Source: an uncultured Bacteroidota bacterium (lineage in GTDB: Bacteria; Bacteroidota; Bacteroidia; NS11-12g; UBA9320). Taken from it: a stretch of DNA of 64,000 bases. The translations under genes were made by a program, and so were the position numbers. The stretch is taken from the NCBI GenBank assembly GCA_913050005.1, contig CAJXBI010000002.1, positions 9,540-73,539 on the forward strand, in the 5' to 3' direction. The notes beneath the pieces are model-generated. The model made no database searches. It was not told the origin of the DNA and saw only the letters and a program-made list of their open reading frames with translations. Shown here one piece after another: positions 10,037 through 20,100 of this stretch (positions within the stretch are counted from its first letter, which is position 1; every line of letters starts with the position of its first letter).

Positions 10037-10044
10037 TAGATTTG
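10037..10044 (+). promoter_or_regulatory. Bacteroidota -7 promoter box TAGATTTG upstream of the tolC-like gene
   Basis: Exact match to the TAnnTTTG consensus, 18 nt before the ATG at 10062. Confidence 0.45.
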
Positions 10045-10061
10045 TGTTGTAAGTTTTCATT

Positions 10062-11474
10062 ATGAATAAACTATTTCTAGCAATTTCATTGGTAAGTTTT
10101 ATGAGCATAAATGCTCAAGAAACATCTGGATGGACACTACAAAAATGCATCGCTTATGCCCTAGAAAATAACACAAATATTCAACAGAATATTTTACAAG
10201 GAGAAATTGCAAAAAACAACTTAAAGCAAAGTAAACTGAGTCGAATACCTACACTCAACGGTAGTGGAAATCACAACTACAATATTGGTAGAACCATTGA
10301 CCCATTTACAAATAGCTTTAATAATACATCTATTCAAAGTAACTCGTTCTCCATTAGTTCAGGCTTATTATTATATGGGGGAAGTCAGGTTAACAATACC
10401 ATTAAACAAAATCGCTTGGCTATTGAAGCTAATAAAGCTGGAACAGCGGTTATTCGAAATCAAATTGCATTATCTGTTTCTAGCACTTTTTTACAAATTA
10501 TTCAAGCAGAGGAAAACCTCAAATTAGCAAAATCTCAAAATGAAATTACTAAAAGTCAATTAGATCGTGCTCAAATACTTTTAAAAAATGGAGCAACGAA
10601 TCGAAGCACAGTACTCAACTTACAAGCTCAATCTGCTAATGATTTGGTCAATATCATTAATGCAAAAAATGCTATCCAAATTGGATATAATAACTTGATG
10701 AATTTGATGCAATATCCCCTCGATCAGCCATTATTAATTAATGTGGATATTGCAATTAACGAACCCAACAATCTATATGAGAGTGTCAAAGATATTTATG
10801 AGATAGCACTTCAAAATTTACCAGAAATAAAACAAGCAGAAGCATTAATAACCCAGAATCAATATGGTGAAAAAGTAGCTGGGTCAAGACTTCAGCCAAC
10901 CATATCTGCTTATGGGAATATCAATACTGTTTATTCTCAAAGTGGCAAAAGTGTCAATTTTGGAGATACCACCTTTGTTCCCATTGGATTTACTGAAAAC
11001 ACTCTTGAAAATGTACTCGTCCCAAACATCGAGACCACTTATTCTGATAAAGCGTTTAGCAATCAACTATCAGACAACTTAGGTCAGCAAGTAGGTATAT
11101 CAATCTCTGTTCCTTTATTCAACGGTTATCGAAACAGAACGGTTGTAGAAAACGCAAAAATGAATACCAAAATTAGTGAGTTGAACCTTCAATCAACCAA
11201 AAATCAGTTAAGGAATGATGTGACTAGTGCATACACCAATTTGAAAATAGCTCGTAGTCGCTATGAAGCAAACACACAAAATGCTAAAGCTCAAAAATTA
11301 AACTTTGAATTCAGTCAAAAACGTTATGATGCGGGAGCAATGAATAGCGTAGACCTACTCACTGCTAAAAACCAATGGAGTCAAGCACAAATACAACTCC
11401 TCAATGCAAAATACGAATTGGTATTCAGAACATTAATCATTGACTTTTATAAAGGAAAAGAACTATCATTATAA
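10062..11474 (+). CDS. TolC-family outer membrane efflux protein
   Basis: Signal peptide and two tandem OEP-type helical repeat halves. The size (470 aa) and the position immediately before an adaptor gene also fit. Confidence 0.85.
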   Translation: MNKLFLAISLVSFMSINAQETSGWTLQKCIAYALENNTNIQQNILQGEIAKNNLKQSKLSRIPTLNGSGNHNYNIGRTIDPFTNSFNNTSIQSNSFSISSGLLLYGGSQVNNTIKQNRLAIEANKAGTAVIRNQIALSVSSTFLQIIQAEENLKLAKSQNEITKSQLDRAQILLKNGATNRSTVLNLQAQSANDLVNIINAKNAIQIGYNNLMNLMQYPLDQPLLINVDIAINEPNNLYESVKDIYEIALQNLPEIKQAEALITQNQYGEKVAGSRLQPTISAYGNINTVYSQSGKSVNFGDTTFVPIGFTENTLENVLVPNIETTYSDKAFSNQLSDNLGQQVGISISVPLFNGYRNRTVVENAKMNTKISELNLQSTKNQLRNDVTSAYTNLKIARSRYEANTQNAKAQKLNFEFSQKRYDAGAMNSVDLLTAKNQWSQAQIQLLNAKYELVFRTLIIDFYKGKELSL

Positions 11475-12760
11475 TGACCAGAAAAAAAATATATCTCACC
11501 ATTGGTTTAGTTGTCTTAATGGCTGCTTTTATAATCATTGGCAAAAACCGAAAACGCGGTGAGCTTAAAGTGAGTATCGGAAAAATCCAAAATCGGACCA
11601 TAATCAGTACAGTAAGTGCCAATGGTAAAATTCGCCCAGAAGCAGAAGTAAAAATCAGTGCTGACGTGTCTGGAGAAATTAAAGAGTTATATGTTCAAGA
11701 AGGAGACACAGTTCATGAAAGACAACTTCTATTAAAAATTAATCCTGACTTATATGTTACTGCAAAGGATAGAGCACAAGCAGGATTGAGCAGTTCTCAA
11801 AGTAATTTTAAAACCAGCGAAGCCCAACTTACCCAAACTAATGCTCGACTCAAAGAGCAAAAAGTGGTATATGCTCGAAATCAAAAACTTTTCGACCAAG
11901 AAGTACTAAGCAAGGCCGAATGGGATGCTGCTAATACTGCCTATCAAGTAGCTCAAAGTGAAGTCACTGCTGCAGAACAACGTTTAGCCGCTGCCAAGTT
12001 TGGCATCGATAATTCCAGAGCAAGCCTGAATGAGGCCAATAAAGCATTGGGCAGAACAAGCATTTTTGCACCTTCAGACGGTGTAGTTAGTGCATTGAAT
12101 AATGAAAAAGGAGAACGTGTAGTAGGTACAGCACAAATGGCCGGTACCGAAATCATGATCATTTCAAATTTCAATAACATGGAAGTAATTGTAGACGTCA
12201 ATGAAAATGATATCCTCTACGTCAAAAAAGGAGATACTGCATTGGTAGAAGTAGATGCATACAACGAGCGACCATTCAAAGCTATCGTAACTGAAATTGC
12301 AAAAAGTGCAAAAAACGCAGGCAATGCCATGTCGAGTGACCAAGTCACCAATTTTGAAGTAAAAATCCGCCTCTTAAAATCCAGCTATATGGACTTACTT
12401 GCCTTGACAGATGCTCCATTTTTGCCAGGAATGAGTGCCAATGTCGAAATTCAAACCCAAGTCAAAACAAAAGTGCCTAGCCTACCCATTGAGGCCATTG
12501 GGACTCGCACCGAAGAAGACACCACCACACGTGATGAACGCAAAGACGAAGTCATATTTAGCATCGAAGAGGGTAAGGCCGTAAAACACGTTATTCAAAC
12601 GGGTATACAAGACAGCCGATACATCGAAATTGTATCAGGTATCAAAGGAATCGAAGAAGTGATCGTTGGACCTTATGATGCCATCAGTAAAAAACTCAAA
12701 AAAGGTATTCGAGTGACAGTTTCAACCGATTCCAAAAACGATAAATTGGAGAAAAAATAA
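11474..12760 (+). CDS. Efflux transporter periplasmic adaptor subunit (HlyD/MacA-like membrane fusion protein)
   Basis: N-terminal TM anchor, a lipoyl-like motif (VSGEIKELYVQEGDTV), a long coiled-coil hairpin and a beta-barrel domain. The start overlaps the tolC stop by 1 nt. Confidence 0.85.
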   Translation: MTRKKIYLTIGLVVLMAAFIIIGKNRKRGELKVSIGKIQNRTIISTVSANGKIRPEAEVKISADVSGEIKELYVQEGDTVHERQLLLKINPDLYVTAKDRAQAGLSSSQSNFKTSEAQLTQTNARLKEQKVVYARNQKLFDQEVLSKAEWDAANTAYQVAQSEVTAAEQRLAAAKFGIDNSRASLNEANKALGRTSIFAPSDGVVSALNNEKGERVVGTAQMAGTEIMIISNFNNMEVIVDVNENDILYVKKGDTALVEVDAYNERPFKAIVTEIAKSAKNAGNAMSSDQVTNFEVKIRLLKSSYMDLLALTDAPFLPGMSANVEIQTQVKTKVPSLPIEAIGTRTEEDTTTRDERKDEVIFSIEEGKAVKHVIQTGIQDSRYIEIVSGIKGIEEVIVGPYDAISKKLKKGIRVTVSTDSKNDKLEKK

Positions 12761-12821
12761 TCTAAATCTAATCTACCAATTTACAATAATTTACAAGACA
12801 GACACCCCTGTTTTTTTTAAC

Positions 12822-13445
12822 CTATCCCCATGTATCGGGGCTTTCTCGCCATTGGGCTAATTTGTCTAAGTCAGTTGCTTGCACATACCCCGACGCAACT
12901 GCCTCCTGTATCATGCTACTATAATTGCCCAACGTAATGCACGCACAATTCGCAGCCTCAAAATTGGCAGCAGCTACCGGAAATCCATAGGTGAATATCG
13001 CTGCCATACCCAGAATATCATAGCCTTCGGAACGGAGGTAATTCACCACCTTCAAACTGCTTCCCCCCGTACTTATCAAATCTTCTAATACCACTATTTT
13101 GGAATCTTCTGCTACTCTACCCTCCAGTTGTCTTTTTAATCCATGTGATTTGGTCTCTGGCCTGCAATAAGCGAAACTTAAGTTCAACTCATCAGCAATT
13201 AATGCTCCCATAGCTATTCCAGCAGTAGCCACCCCTATGATGGTATCCGTATCGGGATAGTGTTGCTTAATCTTTTTGGAAAGCATCTCCTTGATTTCTT
13301 TGCGATAAGTAGCATGTGAAAGCACCGTTCGGTTGTCACAATAAATCGGACTATTCCATCCACTGCTCCACTTGAATGGCTGATCAGGCGATAACTTGAT
13401 CGATCTTGTTTCTAATAATATTTTGGCGATTTTTGTTTCAATCAT
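12822..13445 (-). CDS. pyrE: Orotate phosphoribosyltransferase
   Basis: PRPP-binding motif VVLEDLISTGGS and an N-terminal FKWSSGWNSPIYCDNR pattern typical of PyrE. Confidence 0.9.
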   Translation of the reverse strand: MIETKIAKILLETRSIKLSPDQPFKWSSGWNSPIYCDNRTVLSHATYRKEIKEMLSKKIKQHYPDTDTIIGVATAGIAMGALIADELNLSFAYCRPETKSHGLKRQLEGRVAEDSKIVVLEDLISTGGSSLKVVNYLRSEGYDILGMAAIFTYGFPVAAANFEAANCACITLGNYSSMIQEAVASGYVQATDLDKLAQWRESPDTWG

Positions 13446-13467
13446 TGAACTTATAATTGTAAGACAA

Positions 13468-14085
13468 ATGTATCATATTTTTCATGGGAAACATCGACTG
13501 ATTCTTGCCAACGATGAAGATGAAATAAAAATAGATAACCCAGACTTTATCATTCCGAATTCGGAAGAGGAACACATAAAAAAAACCCTAACCTTGGCTA
13601 ATGAAAATTCCAACGAAACCACGATTTTACTTCTGGGGAATCCAATAAAATTGATGAAAAAAGTTCAAAAGGTATTTCATCTAATTACTGCAGCAGGAGG
13701 CTTGGTGTTGAATCCTAAAAATGAATTGCTATTCATCAAAAGACTGGGAAAATGGGACCTCCCAAAAGGAAAACTTGAACCGGGAGAAGATATCAAAACA
13801 TGTGCCATACGAGAGGTAATGGAGGAAACAGGTGCAAAAAACATCAGTCTAATTCATGGTTTGCCTAACACATTTCATACTTATTACCAAAACGAACAAT
13901 CGATCATCAAACAAACCCATTGGTATCGAATGAACGGAAATCAAGAACAATCCTTTGTGCCTCAAATTGAGGAGGGAATTGAAGAAGTAAAATGGATGGA
14001 TATCAATAACTTATCCTTGAATGATTTGGACACTTACCCTGCTATTCGATTCATCATCGATGCATATCTAAACACACTTAACTAG
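13468..14085 (+). CDS. NUDIX hydrolase
   Basis: Nudix box GKLEPGEDIKTCAIREVMEETG. I moved the start to ATG 13468 because the track start at 13396 would overlap pyrE by 50 nt. Confidence 0.75.
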   Translation: MYHIFHGKHRLILANDEDEIKIDNPDFIIPNSEEEHIKKTLTLANENSNETTILLLGNPIKLMKKVQKVFHLITAAGGLVLNPKNELLFIKRLGKWDLPKGKLEPGEDIKTCAIREVMEETGAKNISLIHGLPNTFHTYYQNEQSIIKQTHWYRMNGNQEQSFVPQIEEGIEEVKWMDINNLSLNDLDTYPAIRFIIDAYLNTLN

Positions 14086-14089
14086 TAAA

Positions 14090-14560
14090 TTATGATCGAA
14101 TTGCCTTGCAAACTGAAGTTGGCAAGTACTTTTCATAATCGCCCCCAAACTGAATGAGATCTCTTACAATGGTACTGCTAACAGTTGCATTGGTTTGATG
14201 ACTCATCAAAAATACGCTATTAATAGTTGGCGACATATCTTCATTCACGTAAGCAATCTGTTTTTCATAGGTAAAGTCTCGATTAGTACGTAGGCCTCTT
14301 AAAATAAAATGTGCTCCGATTTGCTCAGCATATTTGGCCGTAAGCCCTTCATAGGAGGCTACTCTTACGCGTGGCTCAATATCAAATATTTCTTTGATCC
14401 ATTGTTCTCGTTGTTCTAGTGAAAACATATATTTTTTTTTCATATTCATCCCAATAGCTACTACCACTTCATCAAACATATTCAATCCGCGATTGACGAT
14501 GTCTAAATGCCCAAGGGTAAATGGATCAAATGTACCAGGAAATAGTGCAACTTTACTCAT
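14090..14560 (-). CDS. coaD: Pantetheine-phosphate adenylyltransferase
   Basis: The canonical N-terminus MSKVALFPGTFDPFTLGHLD (T/HxGH nucleotidyltransferase motif) begins at the internal ATG at 14560. The track start at 14602 adds 14 non-conserved residues. Confidence 0.9.
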   Translation of the reverse strand: MSKVALFPGTFDPFTLGHLDIVNRGLNMFDEVVVAIGMNMKKKYMFSLEQREQWIKEIFDIEPRVRVASYEGLTAKYAEQIGAHFILRGLRTNRDFTYEKQIAYVNEDMSPTINSVFLMSHQTNATVSSTIVRDLIQFGGDYEKYLPTSVCKAIRS

Positions 14561-15101
14561 GTTCGTTCGCAAATTTAAAGAAAGAAAATGTACTCTGTCC
14601 ATAATTGCGAGATTCTACCAATGCTGGATGGTTAATTTGTTTCATAGTTTGGTGCTCCAAAATAAAAACACCCTCCGATGTTAAATAATTCCTTTTGGAC
14701 AAAAGTTGGATAAGCTCGTCAATCTCACGATTAGCGTTGTAAGGTGGATCTGCAAAAATTACATCAAACTGTTTAGTCGTTTTTTTTAAATAGATTAAGG
14801 ACTTGGATAGCTTGATTGATAAGTTTTTGATGTTCAATTCAATTGTAATTTCTTTGATATAGTCTAATGATTTTCGATGATTATCAATAGCAGTAACATA
14901 CTTAGCACCTCTAGAACAGAATTCAAGAGCTACACTACCCATACCGCTGTATAGGTCTAAAACATGAATATCTTCATAATAGAATCTCTGACCTAAAATA
15001 TTGAAAAGGGCTTCTTTTGCTCGGTCAGTAGTTGGTCTAGCATGAGGCATGTTACGATTAGGAAAACGAAACCCTTTATACGTTCCACTTATAATACGCA
15101 T
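14553..15101 (-). CDS. rsmD: 16S rRNA (guanine966-N2)-methyltransferase RsmD
   Basis: MRIISGTYKG N-terminus, SAM motif DLYSGMGSVALE and catalytic motif FADPPY. Confidence 0.85.
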   Translation of the reverse strand: MRIISGTYKGFRFPNRNMPHARPTTDRAKEALFNILGQRFYYEDIHVLDLYSGMGSVALEFCSRGAKYVTAIDNHRKSLDYIKEITIELNIKNLSIKLSKSLIYLKKTTKQFDVIFADPPYNANREIDELIQLLSKRNYLTSEGVFILEHQTMKQINHPALVESRNYGQSTFSFFKFANEHE

Positions 15102-15817
15102 TGAGCAAAAAAGTGACTGAGAATTTTGGAGTTATCTTCATTCGATTTAAAATCCAATATAGTAGTGTGCTGAAAAGATAGTAAGTAGTTTTTAAACAAT
15201 GATTTATACTCCTCGTAGTTATCTAATGAGGCAATACACTCTACATAAATTTTTTGTATTGGAATTTCTAGTTGTTCAATAACCAACATGACAAAATAAA
15301 ACAACTCGTCTGTATTGCCTACAGAATATCGATTGGATAATACGAACACATTATCTCTCCAGGCAATTATGGATAAAATTCCCTGATGTTCATAGAAATA
15401 GAGTGCATGTTTATGAGTTTTTTTTGAAGTATACTCAAATAGTAATTCAATGTCAGTAGCCACATTAGTATTTACTAATTTTTTGGTCAATAAATCAAAA
15501 GATTGATGTTTTTCATATCCAATTTTAAAAGTGCCATTTTGGGCTGTTAAAAAATCAATGCCCGTCCCGTGATTTAACTGAAAAAATGGATCGATTTTTT
15601 CTTCAACCAATGGACACAAAGCAAATTTACTATTAACTAATTGTAGATATGTAGAGCTAAAAATAGCTGCTGATAATTCTTCTGGAAATGAGGAAATATC
15701 ATGGTGATTCAACCGATATTTTAATTGATTATCTTTCGAATAAATCTGATAAATTGAAGAATCATAATCTAAAAATATGATTAATTTATCGCTTACAGCA
15801 TTGTGATATGTTAACAT
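15089..15817 (-). CDS. Hypothetical protein (possibly the DUF3822 family that often neighbours rsmD in Bacteroidota)
   Basis: 242-aa ORF overlapping the rsmD start. I recognise no catalytic motifs. The family assignment comes only from remembered synteny. Confidence 0.4.
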   Translation of the reverse strand: MLTYHNAVSDKLIIFLDYDSSIYQIYSKDNQLKYRLNHHDISSFPEELSAAIFSSTYLQLVNSKFALCPLVEEKIDPFFQLNHGTGIDFLTAQNGTFKIGYEKHQSFDLLTKKLVNTNVATDIELLFEYTSKKTHKHALYFYEHQGILSIIAWRDNVFVLSNRYSVGNTDELFYFVMLVIEQLEIPIQKIYVECIASLDNYEEYKSLFKNYLLSFQHTTILDFKSNEDNSKILSHFFAQCVL

Positions 15818-15830
15818 AACTCATCGTAAA

Positions 15831-16367
15831 CTAGTCCCAGTTTCCACTATAGTTTGCATCGAAGATAGACCCTACTTTTAACGGATCATTTTTCTTTCTT
15901 CTCTCTTTACTAAATGGTTCAGGGTCAGAAATTACAAAAACAGGAACAGTTACCGCATTTTTCTTGATTTCACCTGATGCAATATTAAACTGAATCGAGT
16001 CCTTGAATGGTACAAATTTGAGATTTGGAACATCCACATCTCCAAATAATGAATCTTTTACGCTAACAAAATATTCTTCAACTTTGTAAACTGTAGTTGA
16101 GTCATCTTTATCTCCTTGTTGAATAAGAACTTTTAGTTGACCATTTTGCATAAAATCAAGTAAGTCTGTAAAGTTACCTGCAAAACCACCCTTATTTTCA
16201 CGATATGCCAATTGACCATCTCTCAAAATAGCTAATTTTTCAATAACAGCTTTTTCTTTAATAGTTACCTGCTTTTGATATCGAATGGGTTCTGCAATAG
16301 ATTCAAAGATTAAGTATCCAAAAACTGCTATGACAACCAATAATCCAATTCTAATACTATATTTCAT
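15831..16367 (-). CDS. Hypothetical membrane-anchored protein
   Basis: A single N-terminal TM segment (IRIGLLVVIAVFGYLIF) precedes a soluble domain. The start is set at ATG 16367 because a TAAGTTTG box overlaps the track start at 16397. Confidence 0.5.
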   Translation of the reverse strand: MKYSIRIGLLVVIAVFGYLIFESIAEPIRYQKQVTIKEKAVIEKLAILRDGQLAYRENKGGFAGNFTDLLDFMQNGQLKVLIQQGDKDDSTTVYKVEEYFVSVKDSLFGDVDVPNLKFVPFKDSIQFNIASGEIKKNAVTVPVFVISDPEPFSKERRKKNDPLKVGSIFDANYSGNWD

Positions 16368-16394
16368 GGTAAGATCTTGTATTTTCTTGTAGGG

Positions 16395-16402
16395 CAAACT
16401 TA
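16395..16402 (-). promoter_or_regulatory. -7 promoter box TAAGTTTG for the 15831..16367 gene string
   Basis: Exact TAnnTTTG on the minus strand, 28 nt upstream of ATG 16367 and just downstream of the atp terminator. Confidence 0.45.
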
Positions 16403-16462
16403 CAAAAAAGCAACAGAATTATTTTTACTACTAGTTAATTTATTCATAAAACTTGCACTAAG

Positions 16463-16495
16463 AAACAAAAAAGCCCAATCAAAAATGATTGGGCT
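16463..16495 (-). terminator. Rho-independent terminator of the atp operon
   Basis: Perfect 10-bp stem (AGCCCAATCA / TGATTGGGCT) with a 4-nt loop. On the minus strand it is followed by TTTTTGTTTCT and lies about 20 nt after the atpG stop. Confidence 0.8.
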
Positions 16496-16516
16496 AAAAT
16501 TTCTATCCAAATATTA

Positions 16517-17401
16517 CTATCCCTCTAGGGCTGCTGCACCACCTACGATTTCTAAAATCTCAGTAGTAATTGCTGCCTGTCTAGCTTGGTTATATTCTAA
16601 TTTGAGGTCATAAATAAGTTCCCCTGCATTTTCAGTAGCTTTATCCATTGCCACCATTCTACTTCCATGTTCTGATGCTTGAGAGTCGAGCATAGTTTTG
16701 TAAAGTTGAGTTTTTAAGGCTCTTGGTATAACAGTGAATAACAAATCTTTCTTTGTTGGTTCAAAAGCAAAGTCAGCAAGGTATTTAGATGGTTCTTTAT
16801 CTGAAGACACAAAAGCATCTAGTTCTACTGGAAGTATTTTCTCTGCTGTTACGATTTGAGTTGCCGCATTCTTAAACTTATTATAAATAACACGAACCTC
16901 GTCATACTTACCATTCAGGAAATCAGCAATAATTTCTCCTCCAAATTTAAATGCATCGCTGGCATTTAAATCTTGGAAGATAGACATTGATGAAGTATCC
17001 ATTGAAAATGAATGTCTCTTGAAAAATTCGTAAGCTTTTTTACCTAAAAATTTAACCTCAACATTTTTCCCTTGATATGTTTTTTGGATAATAGAGTTTA
17101 CTTCTTTGGTTATATTAGAATTGAATCCACCACAGAGACCTCTATCGCTAGAATTTACAACTAGAAGAACATTTTTAACATCACGATGCTCAAAGTATCC
17201 TTGTATACTTGGCTCATCTTTAGCAGAATCAGACAGATTTTGTAAAATCCCATTTAGCTTTTCGGCATAAGGTCTCATCTGAGTAATCGCTTGTTGGGCT
17301 TTACGCAATTTAGTTGCCGAGACCATTTTCATAGCCTTAGTTATTTGTTGCGTAGATTGTGTGCTAGCTATTCGCGTTCTAACTTCTTTTAAGTTTGCCA
17401 T
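16517..17401 (-). CDS. atpG: F0F1 ATP synthase subunit gamma
   Basis: N-terminal ITKAMKMVSATKLRKAQ and C-terminal ITTEILEIVGGAAALE helices typical of gamma. Confidence 0.95.
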   Translation of the reverse strand: MANLKEVRTRIASTQSTQQITKAMKMVSATKLRKAQQAITQMRPYAEKLNGILQNLSDSAKDEPSIQGYFEHRDVKNVLLVVNSSDRGLCGGFNSNITKEVNSIIQKTYQGKNVEVKFLGKKAYEFFKRHSFSMDTSSMSIFQDLNASDAFKFGGEIIADFLNGKYDEVRVIYNKFKNAATQIVTAEKILPVELDAFVSSDKEPSKYLADFAFEPTKKDLLFTVIPRALKTQLYKTMLDSQASEHGSRMVAMDKATENAGELIYDLKLEYNQARQAAITTEILEIVGGAAALEG

Positions 17402-17410
17402 ATAGGGTAT

Positions 17411-18991
17411 TTAAGCCTTAAAGTTTTTTGCAATTTCAGCACCTACTTTTTCTATAATATTAGTTGATTTATTATCAATTTTACCATCAGTGAGTGCATC
17501 CAATACTTTTTTATGATCAGACTCCATTTTTATCAAAAATTCTTCCTCGAATTTTCGAACTTGATTCACTGGGACATCTCTTAACAGCCCCTTGGTTCCA
17601 AGATATATAATGGAAACCTGCTTACCAACGGATAGTGGAGAAAATTGAGGTTGCTTTAAAATTTCAACGTTTCTTGATCCTTTGTCTAATACTCCTTTGG
17701 TAGCAGCGTCAAGATCAGAACCAAACTTTGCAAATGCTTCTAATTCTCGATATTGAGCTTGATCTAATTTAAGTGTACCTGAAGTCTTTTTCATTGATTT
17801 TTTCTGAGCCGCACCACCTACACGAGAAACTGAAATACCTACATTAATAGCAGGTCTTACTCCTGAGTTGAATAAATCAGACTCTAAGAAAATTTGTCCA
17901 TCAGTAATAGAAATTACGTTGGTTGGTATATATGCAGAAACATCACCTGCTTGTGTTTCGATAATCGGAAGTGCTGTTAAAGAGCCCCCACCTTTCACGA
18001 GGTGTTTAATTGATTCCGGCAAGTCATTCATTCCCTGAGCGATTTCGTCAGAACCATTAACTTTAGCTGCTCTCTCTAATAATCTTGAGTGAAGATAAAA
18101 CACATCTCCAGGATATGCCTCACGACCTGGAGGTCTTTTTAAAAGAAGCGATACCTCACGATACGCGACGGCTTGTTTGCTTAAATCATCATAGACGATA
18201 AGAGCAGGTTTCCCTGTATCCCTGAAAAATTCACCAATAGCAGCTCCAGCCATAGGAGCATAAAATTGCATTGGTGCTGGATCTGCAGCGGATGCAGATA
18301 CAACAACTGTGTAGGCCATTGCTCCCTTTTGCTCTAAAGCAGAAACCACTTGTTTTACTGTAGATGATTTTTGACCACACGCTACGTATATACAAAATAC
18401 TGGTTCTCCCTTATCATAAAATTCTTTTTGGTTGATAATTGTATCAATAGCTACAGCAGTTTTACCAGTTTGTCTGTCACCAATAATTAGCTCACGCTGA
18501 CCTCTACCGATAGGAATCATGGCATCAACTGCCTTCAAACCAGTTTGCATAGGCTCAGATACAGGCTCTCTGAAGATTACACCAGGCGCCTTTCTTTCTA
18601 AAGGCATTTCATAGGTTTCTCCCTCAATTGGTCCTTTACCATCAATTGGATTCCCAAGAGTATTTACTACTCTACCTAACATACCCTCACCTACTTTTAA
18701 AGAGGCTATTCTGTTGGTTCTTTTCACAGTATCACCTTCTTTGATATCTGTAGAACTTCCTAAAAGTACAGCACCCACATTGTCTTCTTCGAGGTTCAAA
18801 ACGATAGCTTGTACACCATTTTCAAATTCGATAAGCTCTCCTGACTTTACTTTTGTAAGTCCATAAATACGTGCTATACCGTCCCCTACTTGGAGTACTG
18901 TACCTACTTCCTCTAATTGAGTAACTGAGTTTACCCCAGCCAATTGCTCTCTGATAATGTTAGAAACTTCGTCTGGTCTTATTGCAGCCAT
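17411..18991 (-). CDS. atpA: F0F1 ATP synthase subunit alpha
   Basis: Walker A motif GDRQTGKT and a full-length alpha pattern (526 aa). Confidence 0.97.
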   Translation of the reverse strand: MAAIRPDEVSNIIREQLAGVNSVTQLEEVGTVLQVGDGIARIYGLTKVKSGELIEFENGVQAIVLNLEEDNVGAVLLGSSTDIKEGDTVKRTNRIASLKVGEGMLGRVVNTLGNPIDGKGPIEGETYEMPLERKAPGVIFREPVSEPMQTGLKAVDAMIPIGRGQRELIIGDRQTGKTAVAIDTIINQKEFYDKGEPVFCIYVACGQKSSTVKQVVSALEQKGAMAYTVVVSASAADPAPMQFYAPMAGAAIGEFFRDTGKPALIVYDDLSKQAVAYREVSLLLKRPPGREAYPGDVFYLHSRLLERAAKVNGSDEIAQGMNDLPESIKHLVKGGGSLTALPIIETQAGDVSAYIPTNVISITDGQIFLESDLFNSGVRPAINVGISVSRVGGAAQKKSMKKTSGTLKLDQAQYRELEAFAKFGSDLDAATKGVLDKGSRNVEILKQPQFSPLSVGKQVSIIYLGTKGLLRDVPVNQVRKFEEEFLIKMESDHKKVLDALTDGKIDNKSTNIIEKVGAEIAKNFKA

Positions 18992-19000
18992 TTTTTATTT

Positions 19001-19540
19001 TTAATTATAAATTAGTTGTTTTCTGATTTCTCTAAGTTCTTTTGACACACTTTTATCCAAAAGTTTATCCTCATATTTTATAATGACTCCACCGATTATG
19101 GATTGGTCAACCTCATTGAGAAGTTGAATGTCAGATTTGTTTAGTAATTGTTCTAAATAACTTTGTAGTTGGGCTAATTTATCATCTGATAAAGTAATAG
19201 CTGTTACAACAGTAGCTTGGGATATTCCTTTTATTTGATTGTAAGTTGCCAAAAATTGTGCGGCGATAAGAGGTAATTCTTCTTCTCTTTTTTTGTCAAT
19301 CAAGAAAGAAATAAAATCTTGAGTAGATTTTTCAGTTTCATTAATCAATTTAAGCATAATTGCTTTTTTACTATCGTCTTTTACCACTGGGTTTTTTAGC
19401 AATGCTGTTAAATCTCCCGAAGATTTACAGATCGATTCAATGAACTCCATATCTGCCTTGACCTGCTCAACTTTATTAGCATTTGTGGCTAAATCAAATA
19501 AAGATTTTGAATATCGTGATGCAATTCTACTTGATGCCAT
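19001..19540 (-). CDS. atpH: F0F1 ATP synthase subunit delta (OSCP)
   Basis: 179 aa, located between atpF and atpA. The N-terminus IASRYSKSLFDLA is typical of delta. Confidence 0.85.
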   Translation of the reverse strand: MASSRIASRYSKSLFDLATNANKVEQVKADMEFIESICKSSGDLTALLKNPVVKDDSKKAIMLKLINETEKSTQDFISFLIDKKREEELPLIAAQFLATYNQIKGISQATVVTAITLSDDKLAQLQSYLEQLLNKSDIQLLNEVDQSIIGGVIIKYEDKLLDKSVSKELREIRKQLIYN

Positions 19541-19545
19541 TATGA

Positions 19546-20037
19546 TTATTTTGTTTGTTCTTCAAGGTGAGATGCGATTAGTGCCTCGTGAGCATTTTTA
19601 TCACTTAATTCATTTCGGATTACCTTTTCAGCAATTTCTAAAGAAATTTCTGCAACCTGCTTTTTGATATCTGCAAGAGCTTGATTTTTTTCTTTATCAA
19701 TTTCTGAACGAGCGGTCGAAATTAAACGATCACCTTCTTCAGAAGCAGTTATTTTTGCTTCTGATAAGATTTTATCTTTTAATTCTTTGGCTTCTTTTAA
19801 TATCTGTTCACGCTCTTTTCTCGCTTCTATAAGCAGTTTTTCATTATCTGCTTTTAAGTCGCTCATTTGAGCTTTGGCATCTTCAGCAGATTTGAGCGAA
19901 CGCTCGATAAATTCTTCTCGATCGTTAAGTGCTTTGATTATTCCTTCCCATGCAAACTTTTTCAAAAGAAAAAGAACGACTAAAAAAGCAACGGACATCC
20001 AAAGGACAAGACCTAATTCTGGCAATAATGGATTCAT
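19546..20037 (-). CDS. atpF: F0F1 ATP synthase subunit b
   Basis: A single N-terminal TM segment followed by a long charged helix, in the expected operon position. Confidence 0.85.
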   Translation of the reverse strand: MNPLLPELGLVLWMSVAFLVVLFLLKKFAWEGIIKALNDREEFIERSLKSAEDAKAQMSDLKADNEKLLIEARKEREQILKEAKELKDKILSEAKITASEEGDRLISTARSEIDKEKNQALADIKKQVAEISLEIAEKVIRNELSDKNAHEALIASHLEEQTK

Positions 20038-20056
20038 AATAATATAATTCCTTAAA

Positions 20057-20082
20057 AGGTAGTGGTTTTGATACCACTACCT
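20057..20082 (-). other. Intra-operon RNA hairpin between atpE and atpF
   Basis: Perfect 10-bp stem (AGGTAGTGGT / ACCACTACCT) with a 6-nt loop. On the minus strand it is followed by TTTTAAGG. Confidence 0.6.
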
Positions 20083-20100
20083 AAATTTATTTCTTAATTA

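Noticed and set aside
10010-10049. Imperfect inverted repeat (CAACACA..TGTGTTG plus two more pairs after a bulge) overlapping the tolC -7 box. This is a possible operator.
   Set aside because: Only 7 contiguous base pairs, no nearby regulator gene, and such short AC/GT repeats are easily found by chance.
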